Shown here one piece after another: positions 26,799 to 36,431 of a stretch of 47,151 nucleotides of DNA. The translations under genes and the position numbers were made by a program. This stretch comes from Bacteriovoracaceae bacterium (GTDB lineage: Bacteria; Bdellovibrionota; Bacteriovoracia; Bacteriovoracales; Bacteriovoracaceae), in contig JBFEUX010000001.1 of NCBI GenBank assembly GCA_041547255.1, positions 1 to 47,151 on the forward strand, read 5' to 3'. The notes under the pieces are model-generated. The model had not been told where the DNA came from and ran no database searches. It was given only the letters and a program-made list of their open reading frames with translations. Within the stretch, counting starts at the first letter, position 1, and each line of letters opens with the position of its first letter.

Positions 26799-28369
26799 TG
26801 CCGTTACTAATATGGTCATTCTTTTTTCTAAGCTGTACCCAATTTGTTCAATACACAGATGACCAATACTATGAAGAAGTTGATGCCAATAATAGCTCAA
26901 ATGCAAGCATCATTTTCTCTCACAATATCAATGGAGAAACTCATCCCTGTGGGTGTAGACAGTTTCCCTTGGGTGGACTTCCTCAAGCCTATGGGGTGAT
27001 AAAATCCAATCAAGAAAAAGCCCCTACCCTCTATGTGGATACAGGTGATACCTTATTTGAATCAACCCTCGTTCCAGAAATAATCTATAAGTCGAGTGTC
27101 TATAAAGCTAAGAAAATAGCTGAAGCTTTAGATAGACTTGATTTAAAATTATTAACTCCAGGTGACCAGGACTTTTCTCTTGGCCCAGAGTTTTTAGCTA
27201 GAATTGCCGACAAAGCTAAGTTTAAATTTCTCATCTCTAATTCATCCGAACAGCTTAAATTTAAACATGAAAAATTAGCACATTTTAATATTAATAAGCT
27301 CAATTTATTTTTTATCGGTATTACTGACCCTACTCTGCTAAGGGGCGAATATCAAAAACTATTTATTTCTCCTGAGCAGGCAATCAAAACACAATTACAA
27401 ATTATTCATAAGCAATTTAAAGAATTGAAAAACAAAAAAATTATCTTATTGTCCCATAGTGGACTTGATAGGGATAAAGAACTTGCCAAAAAGTTTCCCG
27501 AACTAAACTGGATTATAGGAGCTCACTCTCAAAGCTTTATGCGCTATTCCTGGGATGAAGGCAAAACTAAAATCGTACAGGTACTCTCCCGTAATCACCA
27601 CTTAGGATTGATTCAAATCCCCTTTAATGAAAAGAAAAAAGAAACATATCAGCTTGTGCAAACAACTGATGATACTAAGGATCTGGTAAAAAATAATCCT
27701 ATGACGCCCTGGCTACAAGATTATAAAACTCAGTTGGATCAAATATACAAAGATCAGGAAGCGGGACATACGACTACAGCTGATATCACCCCTTCTCCAA
27801 CTTATATTTCGTGCAGTCAATGTCATCAAAAACAAGTTGAGTTTTGGCAAGAAACGGCACATTCTCTGGCCTATACAACTTTAATTCACGCCAAGGAAGC
27901 TAATAACCCGAACTGCATTGGATGCCACAGTTTGGAATACGGAAAGAATACAGGCTTTACTGCAGTTAAGCAGATGCAACTTAGCGAGAAACAAGAATTC
28001 AATTCAGAAAAATACTGGAAGGAATTTAACTCCCAGGTCAAAATAACTCATCCGGTGCGAAAGCTGGCCAAAGAAAAGCGAAAAGCCTATGCAAAACAAT
28101 GGCTAAGTTTTGATAAAAAGCAAAAGATTTATCAAAATTATGCAAATGTACAATGTCTGCATTGTCACAACCAAAACGAGGAACACCCATTTAGCAGCTC
28201 CCTTAAAATGAGCGCAAATGACTATAAATCCCGTTGTATTAGCTGTCATACTAAAGATCAAGTCCCTAACTGGTATCAAAAAGATGGAAAGGGTCTTGCC
28301 ACATCGCTCTATGAGACGTATTTTGCCAAAAAATTAAAAGAAGTGAGCTGTCCAAAAATTGAAAAATAG
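26798..28369 (+). CDS. Lipoprotein fusing a degenerate metallophosphoesterase/5'-nucleotidase-like domain to a tetrahaem c-type cytochrome domain
   Basis: Lipobox FFFLSCT. MPE-like blocks: IIFSHNINGETHPCGC, YVDTGDTLF, TPGDQDF, LLSHSG, IIGAHSQ. Four CXXCH motifs: CSQCH, CIGCH, CLHCH, CISCH. Its start overlaps the ybgF-like stop as TAATG. Confidence 0.6.
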   Translation: MPLLIWSFFFLSCTQFVQYTDDQYYEEVDANNSSNASIIFSHNINGETHPCGCRQFPLGGLPQAYGVIKSNQEKAPTLYVDTGDTLFESTLVPEIIYKSSVYKAKKIAEALDRLDLKLLTPGDQDFSLGPEFLARIADKAKFKFLISNSSEQLKFKHEKLAHFNINKLNLFFIGITDPTLLRGEYQKLFISPEQAIKTQLQIIHKQFKELKNKKIILLSHSGLDRDKELAKKFPELNWIIGAHSQSFMRYSWDEGKTKIVQVLSRNHHLGLIQIPFNEKKKETYQLVQTTDDTKDLVKNNPMTPWLQDYKTQLDQIYKDQEAGHTTTADITPSPTYISCSQCHQKQVEFWQETAHSLAYTTLIHAKEANNPNCIGCHSLEYGKNTGFTAVKQMQLSEKQEFNSEKYWKEFNSQVKITHPVRKLAKEKRKAYAKQWLSFDKKQKIYQNYANVQCLHCHNQNEEHPFSSSLKMSANDYKSRCISCHTKDQVPNWYQKDGKGLATSLYETYFAKKLKEVSCPKIEK

Positions 28370-29444
28370 TAAATTATTTTTAGGAATTGAAACAAGTTGC
28401 GACGATACCTCTATGGCGATTTTAAGAGAGTCTAGTCATGGGCCAGAGATTCTTTATCATGGAAAATTTGGCCAGGAAGAAATCTTAAAAAAATGGGGCG
28501 GTGTTGTTCCTGAAATAGCGGCCCGTAACCACCTGGCAAAAATACCAACTCTTTTGGATGATGCATTTACTAGCGCCAAGATTTCACCTAAACAGATTGA
28601 TTATATCGCTGTCACAACAGTACCTGGATTATTAGGGCCACTACTTACAGGTGTTAACACGGCCAAAACGCTGGCCTTATTTCACAAAACACCAATTGTG
28701 GCCGTCAATCATCTCTACGCTCACTTAGAGGCCATTCATTTAACGGAAAAAGTAACTTATCCATACCTGGGATTACTCATCAGTGGTGGCCATAGTATAT
28801 TCTTCTGGGTAGAAAACGCTCATTCTTTTAACGTGCTAGGGAGCACTATTGATGATGCGTGCGGGGAAGCCTTTGATAAAGGTGGGAAGTTATTAGAACT
28901 TGGATATCCAGCTGGGCATCTTATCGATAAACTAGCACAGATGGGCAATGCTGATCGCTATGAATTCCCCATTGGGCTAAAATCATCTGCTGATGCCAGA
29001 CTTAGCTTTTCAGGACTCAAAACGGCCCTGCGAAACTTTATTGAGGCACAGCCTGAAATTCTTACTAAAAAACCAGCGCAATTTGAAACTGCAGAAGAGA
29101 ACTCCCAGGACTTCTACGATCTTTGCGCCAGCTATCAAAACGCAATTAGCAAAGCTCTACTACTGAAAATGAGATACGCGATCAAAATTGCGAAAGAAAA
29201 ATTCCAGGCGCCTAATAAATTTCCTATTGTCTTGGGGGGCGGAGTTGCTTGTAATTCAAAAATTCGTGAAAGTTTTAAAAATAAATATGCTGATGCCTTA
29301 TTCGTTAAACCAGAGTTTTGCACCGATAATGGAGCGATGATTGCCAATTACGGGAGGCTACACGCCCAGGATGCAACTCCTTTTCCTCAATGTTTGCAGA
29401 TTGATGCCAGAGGACGATTTATTGATAAAAAGGATTATCAATAA
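28359..29444 (+). CDS. tsaD: tRNA N6-adenosine threonylcarbamoyltransferase
   Basis: FLGIETSCDDTS, ISGGHS, GGVACNSKIR. It has a putative TTG start at 28359 that overlaps the preceding gene. Confidence 0.92.
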   Translation: MKNSKLFLGIETSCDDTSMAILRESSHGPEILYHGKFGQEEILKKWGGVVPEIAARNHLAKIPTLLDDAFTSAKISPKQIDYIAVTTVPGLLGPLLTGVNTAKTLALFHKTPIVAVNHLYAHLEAIHLTEKVTYPYLGLLISGGHSIFFWVENAHSFNVLGSTIDDACGEAFDKGGKLLELGYPAGHLIDKLAQMGNADRYEFPIGLKSSADARLSFSGLKTALRNFIEAQPEILTKKPAQFETAEENSQDFYDLCASYQNAISKALLLKMRYAIKIAKEKFQAPNKFPIVLGGGVACNSKIRESFKNKYADALFVKPEFCTDNGAMIANYGRLHAQDATPFPQCLQIDARGRFIDKKDYQ

Positions 29445-30235
29445 TGAAAAAACTCCCGCAGGCAAAAAAGCATCTCGGCCAGCATTTTTTGCAAGATCAA
29501 AAAGTTATTCAAAATATTACACAAGACTGGAAAGACGAAGCTGATGTCATTGTAGAAGTGGGACCAGGTCCAGCGGTACTGACAAGACATCTCGCAGAAC
29601 ACGGAAAGCCCTTATTTGTTATTGAGAAAGATGAGGAAATGGTGAATTATATCCAGGATTTTGTGACTCCTGAAAATATCTTTATTCAAGATGGCCTTGA
29701 ATTCGATTGGGAAAAATTTATTTTAGACAAAAAGCTGCAGGATAAAAAGATTTGGCTAGTATCCAACCTCCCCTATAACGTAGGAACGATACTTTACACC
29801 CAGTTTTTGCAAATACCACAAATTCACTATATGACACTTATGTTCCAAAAAGAAGTCGGTGATAAAACTTATCTTAAACAGCAAACAAATCAAATGAATG
29901 GTTTGTTATTTTTAAGTCTCAATTATTTTAACCCGCGCAAACTATGCAAAGTTCTACCAGGGGCCTTTAATCCACCGCCTAAAGTTGACTCCGTGGTTGT
30001 CTCTTATGAAAGAAAGTCACCTACAGAAGTTCAGTTTAAAAATTTTGATGAACTCAATAAATTTTGCCGAGTACTATTCTCTCAAAAGCGCAAACAAATC
30101 GGAAAAGTACTCAAACAAGCATACTCAAGTGCCCAAATAGCTGATGCTGCCCAAAAAGTAGATATCCCTTTAACATTACGAGCAGAAAATCTTAGTTTCC
30201 AGCAAGTCAGCGATCTTTTTTCACATTTAAAATAA
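29444..30235 (+). CDS. rsmA: 16S rRNA (adenine1518/1519-N6)-dimethyltransferase
   Basis: KKHLGQHFLQDQ, VVEVGPGPAVLT, SNLPYNVGT. Confidence 0.93.
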   Translation: MKKLPQAKKHLGQHFLQDQKVIQNITQDWKDEADVIVEVGPGPAVLTRHLAEHGKPLFVIEKDEEMVNYIQDFVTPENIFIQDGLEFDWEKFILDKKLQDKKIWLVSNLPYNVGTILYTQFLQIPQIHYMTLMFQKEVGDKTYLKQQTNQMNGLLFLSLNYFNPRKLCKVLPGAFNPPPKVDSVVVSYERKSPTEVQFKNFDELNKFCRVLFSQKRKQIGKVLKQAYSSAQIADAAQKVDIPLTLRAENLSFQQVSDLFSHLK

Positions 30236-30294
30236 ACTCATTCAAAATAAATTTCTTGGGACTAAACGGTAATTTTTGTTGTATATTGCCGATT

Positions 30295-30747
30295 ATGGCA
30301 GGTATTAAAATCATTGCAAAAAATAAACGGGCCGGCTATGACTTCGCTCTAGACGAAAAATTTGAGGCCGGCATGGTATTACAAGGAACTGAGGTAAAAA
30401 GCCTTAGGGCCGGAAAATGCGTCATTAGCGATGCATTTTGTACTATTGATAAGAACGATGAAATATGGGTAAATCAACTACGCATCCCGCCATACGAATT
30501 TGGAACCTATGATAACCATAGCGAAACTCGTAAAAGGAAATTACTGCTCAGCGCAAAGGAAATCAACTATATTCAAAAATCCCTTGCTACAAAGGGTCAA
30601 ACTTTGGTACCAACCAAGATATATTTTAAAGGTAGTAAGGTTAAACTGGAAATCGCTCTTGCTAAAGGTAAAAAATTATACGATAAGCGAGAGTCCACGA
30701 AGAAAAAAGAAGTGGAAAGAAAACTAAAACAAGGCAAATATGATTGA
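30295..30747 (+). CDS. smpB: SsrA-binding protein
   Basis: MAGIKIIAKNKRAGYDF...GTEVKSLRAGK...KRKLLL. Start set at the ATG at 30295. Confidence 0.93.
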   Translation: MAGIKIIAKNKRAGYDFALDEKFEAGMVLQGTEVKSLRAGKCVISDAFCTIDKNDEIWVNQLRIPPYEFGTYDNHSETRKRKLLLSAKEINYIQKSLATKGQTLVPTKIYFKGSKVKLEIALAKGKKLYDKRESTKKKEVERKLKQGKYD

Positions 30748-31087
30748 GCCTAGCGTTCACACCATTTATCCCATTCATCAGGATCAAAACTTCTCAGAAG
30801 ACGAAGCACTGGACCTAGTAGATTTATTCTTGACGGTCACGGCCAAGTCCAAAAATAAAATAAACGGTCTCAACTCAAAATTTGAATATTTCAAAAATCA
30901 GCCGGAGATGGCCGATCAAATTCAACTTCAGCTTAATACTGAAATTCAAAAATGGACTGACAAGATACGCCGCTTGGGAGGCATCCCTCTGGAATTATAT
31001 CAAGTAAAAGTTCTTGCAGAGCAAGGCCATTATCTATGGGAATTTCCCCAGGCCAGCTTAGAGTTTTATCCCAATTTACCTCATTAA
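30740..31087 (+). CDS. Small conserved hypothetical protein, DUF2203-like
   Basis: 115 aa. The C-terminal GGIPLELYQVKVLAEQGHYLWEFPQASLEFY resembles the DUF2203 C-terminal block. It overlaps the smpB stop by 8 nt. Confidence 0.4.
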   Translation: MIEPSVHTIYPIHQDQNFSEDEALDLVDLFLTVTAKSKNKINGLNSKFEYFKNQPEMADQIQLQLNTEIQKWTDKIRRLGGIPLELYQVKVLAEQGHYLWEFPQASLEFYPNLPH

Positions 31088-31476
31088 TAATTCATATAAA
31101 TAAGAATCGAAATAAGAATTAATCCCACCAAATCCAAAAGATAATCTGTAAAAAAAGCACTTAAACTACGTAAGGCAAAAGCATAATGTTTGGCACCGAT
31201 ACCCACAACAATAAATACCCAAGTTCCAATGGCCAAAGTTAAAAGCTCTTTCATACCCTGAGGGTGTATATGCTTGATTAATAAAAACATTCCGTATGTA
31301 GTCCAAAGCGAACCAATGAAGGCAATTAGATAAGGTTTAGGATCCTTATGATTAATATCTTTTTTAGAAAGTCCCCAGCCGAACATCCATTTTTGTCCCA
31401 CAAAAGTATACCATAGACTTCCTAGCGCAAAATTTAATACTGCAATAGTTATAATCATAGCACCTTGACTGCTCAT
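31084..31476 (-). CDS. DUF1761-like small membrane protein
   Basis: 130 aa with 4 hydrophobic helices. The N-terminal NFALGSLWYTFVGQKWMFGWGL is typical of DUF1761. Confidence 0.55.
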   Translation of the reverse strand: MSSQGAMIITIAVLNFALGSLWYTFVGQKWMFGWGLSKKDINHKDPKPYLIAFIGSLWTTYGMFLLIKHIHPQGMKELLTLAIGTWVFIVVGIGAKHYAFALRSLSAFFTDYLLDLVGLILISILIYMNY

Positions 31477-31485
31477 ATTCCCTCC

Positions 31486-32412
31486 TTAAAAAACTTTTAA
31501 CCAAAAAGCTATAATACAAGCGTAGCTTATCACAAATAAAGTTGCACTTTTTCGGTAGAATTTTTTTTCGGCAAAGGAGAGCATGACTAAAACTCCCGCC
31601 CCCAAGATCAAAGAAATCAACTCTACTCGAGAAGCATCGTTTAGAGGAAAGTCGTAAACTCCCAAAGATCCTAAAATAAAAGCACAGTTAAACAAGTTTG
31701 AACCAATAATATTTCCCACGATCATATCAGTGTCTTTCTTTTTATAAGCGGCCAATAGTGATGTTACTAATTCCGGAAAGGACGTTCCAAAAGCAATTAA
31801 AATGGCAGAGATAATATAATCACTGATACCTAAGGCAAATCCTAAATCAGAAGCAGATTTAACTAAAAGCTCCCCACCTAAAAACAAGGCCCCAAAACCT
31901 CCAATTAATTTAATGAATTCAAGAGGACTCATCTTTCCTTCGGCATTCTTATCTTTATTGTCTTCATTTTTAAAATCCTTAAAAAGAAAATAAAGATAGA
32001 TTCCACAAAGAAAGATAAGAGGAGTACTAGTTAGTAAATCAAGACGCTCACGGGTTAAAACAAAGAAAAGGGTAAATCCCAACAACAGGTGTAATAATAA
32101 TTGATGGCGTATATCCTTATGAGTTAAATTCATTTTTACCATGAACCCACTCACACCCAGGATCAGAAACATATTCGCAATATTAGAACCAATTAAACTG
32201 CCCACGGCCATGGACGTTTTTCCTTGACTCCCTGCAATATGCCCAACAAATAATTCAGGCAGTGAGGTGCCAAAGCCAATTAACAGCATACCAATCATCA
32301 AAGGAGAAAGACCTATCTTCTTTCCAATTTTTTCTGAAGACTCCAAAGAAAACTCAGCTCCATAATACAAAATCACAACAGAGATCATTAATAATAAACT
32401 AGGAACTAACAT
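31486..32412 (-). CDS. Ca2+/Na+ antiporter, CaCA family (YrbG-like)
   Basis: Two alpha-repeats, GTSLPELFVG and GTSFPELVTS, in a 308-aa polytopic protein. Confidence 0.85.
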   Translation of the reverse strand: MLVPSLLLMISVVILYYGAEFSLESSEKIGKKIGLSPLMIGMLLIGFGTSLPELFVGHIAGSQGKTSMAVGSLIGSNIANMFLILGVSGFMVKMNLTHKDIRHQLLLHLLLGFTLFFVLTRERLDLLTSTPLIFLCGIYLYFLFKDFKNEDNKDKNAEGKMSPLEFIKLIGGFGALFLGGELLVKSASDLGFALGISDYIISAILIAFGTSFPELVTSLLAAYKKKDTDMIVGNIIGSNLFNCAFILGSLGVYDFPLNDASRVELISLILGAGVLVMLSFAEKKFYRKSATLFVISYACIIAFWLKVF

Positions 32413-32457
32413 GTATATCCTTTGACGATAAATTGCTTTGATACCATAATATGCATT

Positions 32458-32943
32458 ATGTTAAACTTTCTCAATGCAAAACTCGAAGTTTTAGGAGCTC
32501 AAAAATTTAAAATTATTGCTCCACTTGCCTCGTTAACTTCCGATGTCATGTTGCTTATCTACATTTTAAAAATGTTTAGAGAAACTCTGCTAACCCCTAA
32601 AGCTTTTGCACCTTTTCTTGCCATGCAAGGTATTCGGCCCTCGCAACTATCCCAGGAAGATCTGATGGCCATTATTAATTTAATGGAAAATAGTTTGCAC
32701 GCAGGACTTGCGATATTACTTTTTTTTCACTGTATTGTTTATTTATTCTGTATTAAGAACAAACATTGGGCAAAAAAATATGTAAAAGGATATGCTTCTA
32801 CAGCTGCCTTTCTTTCAATATTTGAAGTCATCGGTGTTTTAGCTTTCGATGGCCGAGTAAATATACTTACCCTCATGACCATGATTATTTATTTTCTTGT
32901 ATACTATGGTTACCGCTATTTTATGAAAAATGGGGAATTATAA
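32458..32943 (+). CDS. Hypothetical polytopic membrane protein
   Basis: The ORF has about 4 hydrophobic helices. The in-frame ATG at 32458 is preferred over the TTG at 32422. No family recognised. Confidence 0.4.
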   Translation: MLNFLNAKLEVLGAQKFKIIAPLASLTSDVMLLIYILKMFRETLLTPKAFAPFLAMQGIRPSQLSQEDLMAIINLMENSLHAGLAILLFFHCIVYLFCIKNKHWAKKYVKGYASTAAFLSIFEVIGVLAFDGRVNILTLMTMIIYFLVYYGYRYFMKNGEL

Positions 32944-33877
32944 AACGCGAGTTATCCTTGACTCCCATTTCAGGGATAGTCTTGATACGATCTAAGATTA
33001 AACTCTGACCTGTTACTGCCAAAAGAAATGAATCAAAGGCCTTATGGTTCTTAGAAATAAGTTCCAAGTCTTTTTCATAAATAAATATATTCAGCTTTTT
33101 CTCAATCAACTTAGCAACCCTTACGCGCGCCAAAGTACAAACATTAATATCGCTTAATTCTAAAATATGTTTTTTGGTGATCACCTTGGAACGATAAAGC
33201 TCTAATAAAGCAATATATGAGCTACCTTCATAAATTTGTAATTCTCTGGGAAGATGTCTTAGTAAATAATGGAATTTATGCATCAACATAATAGAGATAT
33301 GTCCATAAGAGTCGTAACTAACATTAAACATCTTAAGCATTTGATCGTAGTAATTGACCCAAATATAAAAATCAATAGGACGATTCCAGTAAGGAACAAA
33401 TCCTTTTTTTAGTTTGCGTTTAAAAGATTTAGAAAGAATGTGATGAGTGGTTTCATTATCCCAAACTGACTCACTATAACGGATTTTATCGTCCTCCACC
33501 CGTTCTTGTTCATATCGCTTGGGATTTTCTTGAACTCTTTTAGTGTCTTCCCCCAAAATATCATGAATTTTCAGGTTCACATCCTTAACTACTGGATGAT
33601 GACATTTACTCATTCCAGGACATACTAAATCACAAGTCTCACAAGGGGGCTTGGTCAAAGGAAAATCCACAACTAATTGCTTTAAAGCAGAACTATCTAC
33701 CCAACTGGTGATGGCCTCATCCTGACTAAGATTCACTTCCTCTTTTACTTGTTTTAGCGAAGTGAGAAACCAACGGTCCTCTTGTTGATAATACTCAAGC
33801 AGACAAAAGAAAAAGTTTTCCTTTTTCCCTCCTCCTAAACTCATACCAGCAATGGAATTTGTTTTTTCGGTTAACAT
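32921..33877 (-). CDS. Hypothetical protein with a Cys/His cluster (CETCDLVCPGMSKCHH)
   Basis: 318-aa ORF, 7 bp downstream of the GHMP kinase gene. The N-terminal GMSLGGGKKENFFFCLL is vaguely RNase-H-fold/DUF429-like. No secure family assignment. Confidence 0.5.
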   Translation of the reverse strand: MLTEKTNSIAGMSLGGGKKENFFFCLLEYYQQEDRWFLTSLKQVKEEVNLSQDEAITSWVDSSALKQLVVDFPLTKPPCETCDLVCPGMSKCHHPVVKDVNLKIHDILGEDTKRVQENPKRYEQERVEDDKIRYSESVWDNETTHHILSKSFKRKLKKGFVPYWNRPIDFYIWVNYYDQMLKMFNVSYDSYGHISIMLMHKFHYLLRHLPRELQIYEGSSYIALLELYRSKVITKKHILELSDINVCTLARVRVAKLIEKKLNIFIYEKDLELISKNHKAFDSFLLAVTGQSLILDRIKTIPEMGVKDNSRFIIPHFS

Positions 33878-33884
33878 AATCCCT

Positions 33885-34898
33885 CTACAAAGGTTGTTCG
33901 ATATGGAAATCTAGGACTTGAAAGTTACAAGCCTGAACAGCCTCTCTCACCGCTTCTCCTTGGTCAGCTTGATGTGTCAGTATAAAACAACCGCCTCCAC
34001 CAGCACCACACATTTTTATTCCCTCAACCAGGTTTTTCTCTTTCAGATTTTCGTAACACTGAGAAACCTCTTGCGGAACAATCGCTGGGGCCAGATTCTT
34101 TCTAGACTCTCCCTCTTTGCCAATTAACTCTAGGATCTTATTGTATTCTTTGTGTTTAATGGCCAGGTAAGTTTGATGACTTATGTCTGCTATTGTTGAA
34201 AGTCCATGGCGTATATCTTCTTTGCCATCGAAAAATCCTTTATAAACTTCCCAGTTATTAATTCCGGAATCGCGAGAAATTCCGCTGAAAACTAAAGTGA
34301 TATGTTTTTCCAAAAAGCTTTTAAGCTCTGGCGTATATAACTGCTCATAACGAATTTCACCCGGAACTCCCCTTAAGGCCAAAATCCCCCCCACCATCGC
34401 AGGGTAATAATCTTGATAACCAGGAACACCTTGATTAAGAATTCTTCCTTCAACCCCTTTGACCTTTAAGACGGCCAAGTGAGTATCAAATCGCAAATTT
34501 TTTAATTCAGTAAGTGCCTTAAATAAAGTCATTCCCATGGCCGAGGATCCGCCCAGTCCAGAACCGGCAGGAGCACCTGAACTTAATTTGATATGCAGAC
34601 CACTTCGAATTCCAAAGAGATCAATTATCTGAAGTACAAAACTCATTTCTTTAAAATAATTTGAGTAATATAAATTTGAATCCGTTAATTCTTTCGAAGA
34701 GAATTCATAACTCTTATGATAATCCAATGATTCAATAACGATGCTATCTTTATCAGTTAGCTCAAGCTCAACTTTAGCCTTTAAAGATGTGGCCACATTT
34801 AGGGTCACAACATGGGGAAGAATCAGATTTATAGGCTCTAAATCAAGAGTTCCACCGACTAAATCAACTCTAACACTACCTTCACTAGTTACCAGCAT
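33885..34898 (-). CDS. GHMP-family kinase, substrate unknown
   Basis: Motif 2 PAGSGLGGSSAMG, motif 3 CGAGGGGCF, and N-terminal RVDLVGGTLDL as in COG2605-type sugar-phosphate kinases. Start is at the ATG at 34898 or 34907, overlapping the hpt 3' end. Confidence 0.75.
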   Translation of the reverse strand: MLVTSEGSVRVDLVGGTLDLEPINLILPHVVTLNVATSLKAKVELELTDKDSIVIESLDYHKSYEFSSKELTDSNLYYSNYFKEMSFVLQIIDLFGIRSGLHIKLSSGAPAGSGLGGSSAMGMTLFKALTELKNLRFDTHLAVLKVKGVEGRILNQGVPGYQDYYPAMVGGILALRGVPGEIRYEQLYTPELKSFLEKHITLVFSGISRDSGINNWEVYKGFFDGKEDIRHGLSTIADISHQTYLAIKHKEYNKILELIGKEGESRKNLAPAIVPQEVSQCYENLKEKNLVEGIKMCGAGGGGCFILTHQADQGEAVREAVQACNFQVLDFHIEQPL

Positions 34899-35415
34899 TA
34901 AGCACACCTAAATATGGAAGTTCGCGATAACGACCGGCATAATCAAGTCCATAGCCTATAACAAATTTATCTTCTATCTCAAAACCAAGATAATCAATCG
35001 TGGCCGTATGTTTGTTACGTGCCGGTTTATACAAAAATGAAGCTAGCTTGAGAGTTTTTGGATGTCTCACCTCTAACATTTCAAATAATGTTTTAATTGT
35101 GAGTCCTGTATCGACGATATCTTCAACCACGAGAACATTTTTATTGTGAATAGAACCAGAAAGATCCATATCAATCTTCACGTTGCCAGTTGAACTGGTC
35201 CCATCACCATAAGAAGAAAGTTGAATAAATTCCAATTTTAGTGGCAGCTCTATTTTTTTAATAAGATCCGAGCAAAACATAAAAGCGCCTTTTAAGACAC
35301 AAATAACCACGAGCTCTTCTCCCGCATAATCTTGATTAATGGCCTTGGCCAAATCTGCGATTCGAAGTGCAATATCTTCTTCTGAAATTAAAACATCTGG
35401 AGTGAAGTGTTCCAT
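34885..35415 (-). CDS. hpt: Hypoxanthine(-guanine) phosphoribosyltransferase
   Basis: 176 aa. PRPP-binding VLVVEDIVDTGLT, and VICVLKGAFMF. Confidence 0.92.
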   Translation of the reverse strand: MEHFTPDVLISEEDIALRIADLAKAINQDYAGEELVVICVLKGAFMFCSDLIKKIELPLKLEFIQLSSYGDGTSSTGNVKIDMDLSGSIHNKNVLVVEDIVDTGLTIKTLFEMLEVRHPKTLKLASFLYKPARNKHTATIDYLGFEIEDKFVIGYGLDYAGRYRELPYLGVLNAGN

Positions 35416-35469
35416 AAACTATCCTTTGATAGCTCTAGATTACTTGCTAAGAATAAAAATGTCTAAAAT

Positions 35470-36090
35470 CTAATTGATAAACTGGGAGACCTCTTCCTTA
35501 ATAGGAAGTCTTACTTGCTCATCTTCCGGTTCATAGAAGTAATGAGAACGACACCTTGCAGCGTATTCATCCGTCTCACCTAATAGTACACCTTCTTTAG
35601 AGTCAGACAATCTTTGACTACGAGTGGCCGGTGCCCCACATACAGTACAAATGGCCTGAATTTTTTGCACATTATCTGCTAGCGCCAATAACATAGGCAT
35701 TGGGCCAAAAGGAATTGCTCTAAAATCGAGGTCAAGACCTGCACAAATCACTCGATAGCCACGATCAGCTAATTTTTTTACAACAGTCACGATCTCATCA
35801 TCAAAAAATTGAATTTCATCAATGGCAACAACTCTGGTGGTATCTTTTAGTCTTACTAATATATCAGTGGCCTTAGCAACAGGTTCACTCTCAATGGTTT
35901 GCGAGGAGTGACTCACTACTTTTTTCTCATCATAACGAACATCAATTTCTGGTTTAAAAATCTGTACGCGCTGTTTCGCAATTTGAGCTCTCTTAACTCT
36001 ACGAATAAGCTCTTCGGTTTTTCCTGAAAACATTGGGCCGCAAACAACCTCAATGCCACCTTGGCCAAATGTATGCAAGCTATTGGACAT
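35470..36090 (-). CDS. tdk: Thymidine kinase
   Basis: P-loop CGPMFSGKTEELIRR and the C-terminal zinc ribbon CTVCGAPA...ARCRSH. Confidence 0.93.
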   Translation of the reverse strand: MSNSLHTFGQGGIEVVCGPMFSGKTEELIRRVKRAQIAKQRVQIFKPEIDVRYDEKKVVSHSSQTIESEPVAKATDILVRLKDTTRVVAIDEIQFFDDEIVTVVKKLADRGYRVICAGLDLDFRAIPFGPMPMLLALADNVQKIQAICTVCGAPATRSQRLSDSKEGVLLGETDEYAARCRSHYFYEPEDEQVRLPIKEEVSQFIN

Positions 36091-36431
36091 TCTTCTCTCT
36101 CTCTTAAAGATGTTGTGTGTGCCGCTATAATTTCAAATAATTTTCCGAATGACAATCAATGTAAGAGCTTTTTGGCCAGGTACTTGTGTTATCACTATAT
36201 TACAAAAGTTACACAGATAGTCATATTTCGCAAAAAAAACATATCTTATTTAAGTGTCATGACTGACAAAACCCCATATAAAAAAGTATTAAAAATCGGA
36301 ATATTTAATTAGCAAATAACTGAAAATACGTATTTTGCACAAAATTACTATGTAGATTTTATTTGATAATTCGCTATTTACACCAAGTTTTGGTATGCAA
36401 GGCTTACAAATTTCAAATGCAGGAGACACAC

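Noticed and set aside
30236-30294. I looked for an ssrA (tmRNA) gene next to smpB, and for tRNA genes in all intergenic gaps.
   Set aside because: All gaps near smpB are under 60 bp. No tRNA-like acceptor/T-arm pattern (GGTTCGAATCC-type) or tmRNA tag-reading frame was seen anywhere in the window. This was a by-eye scan only, so a covariance-model scan would be decisive.
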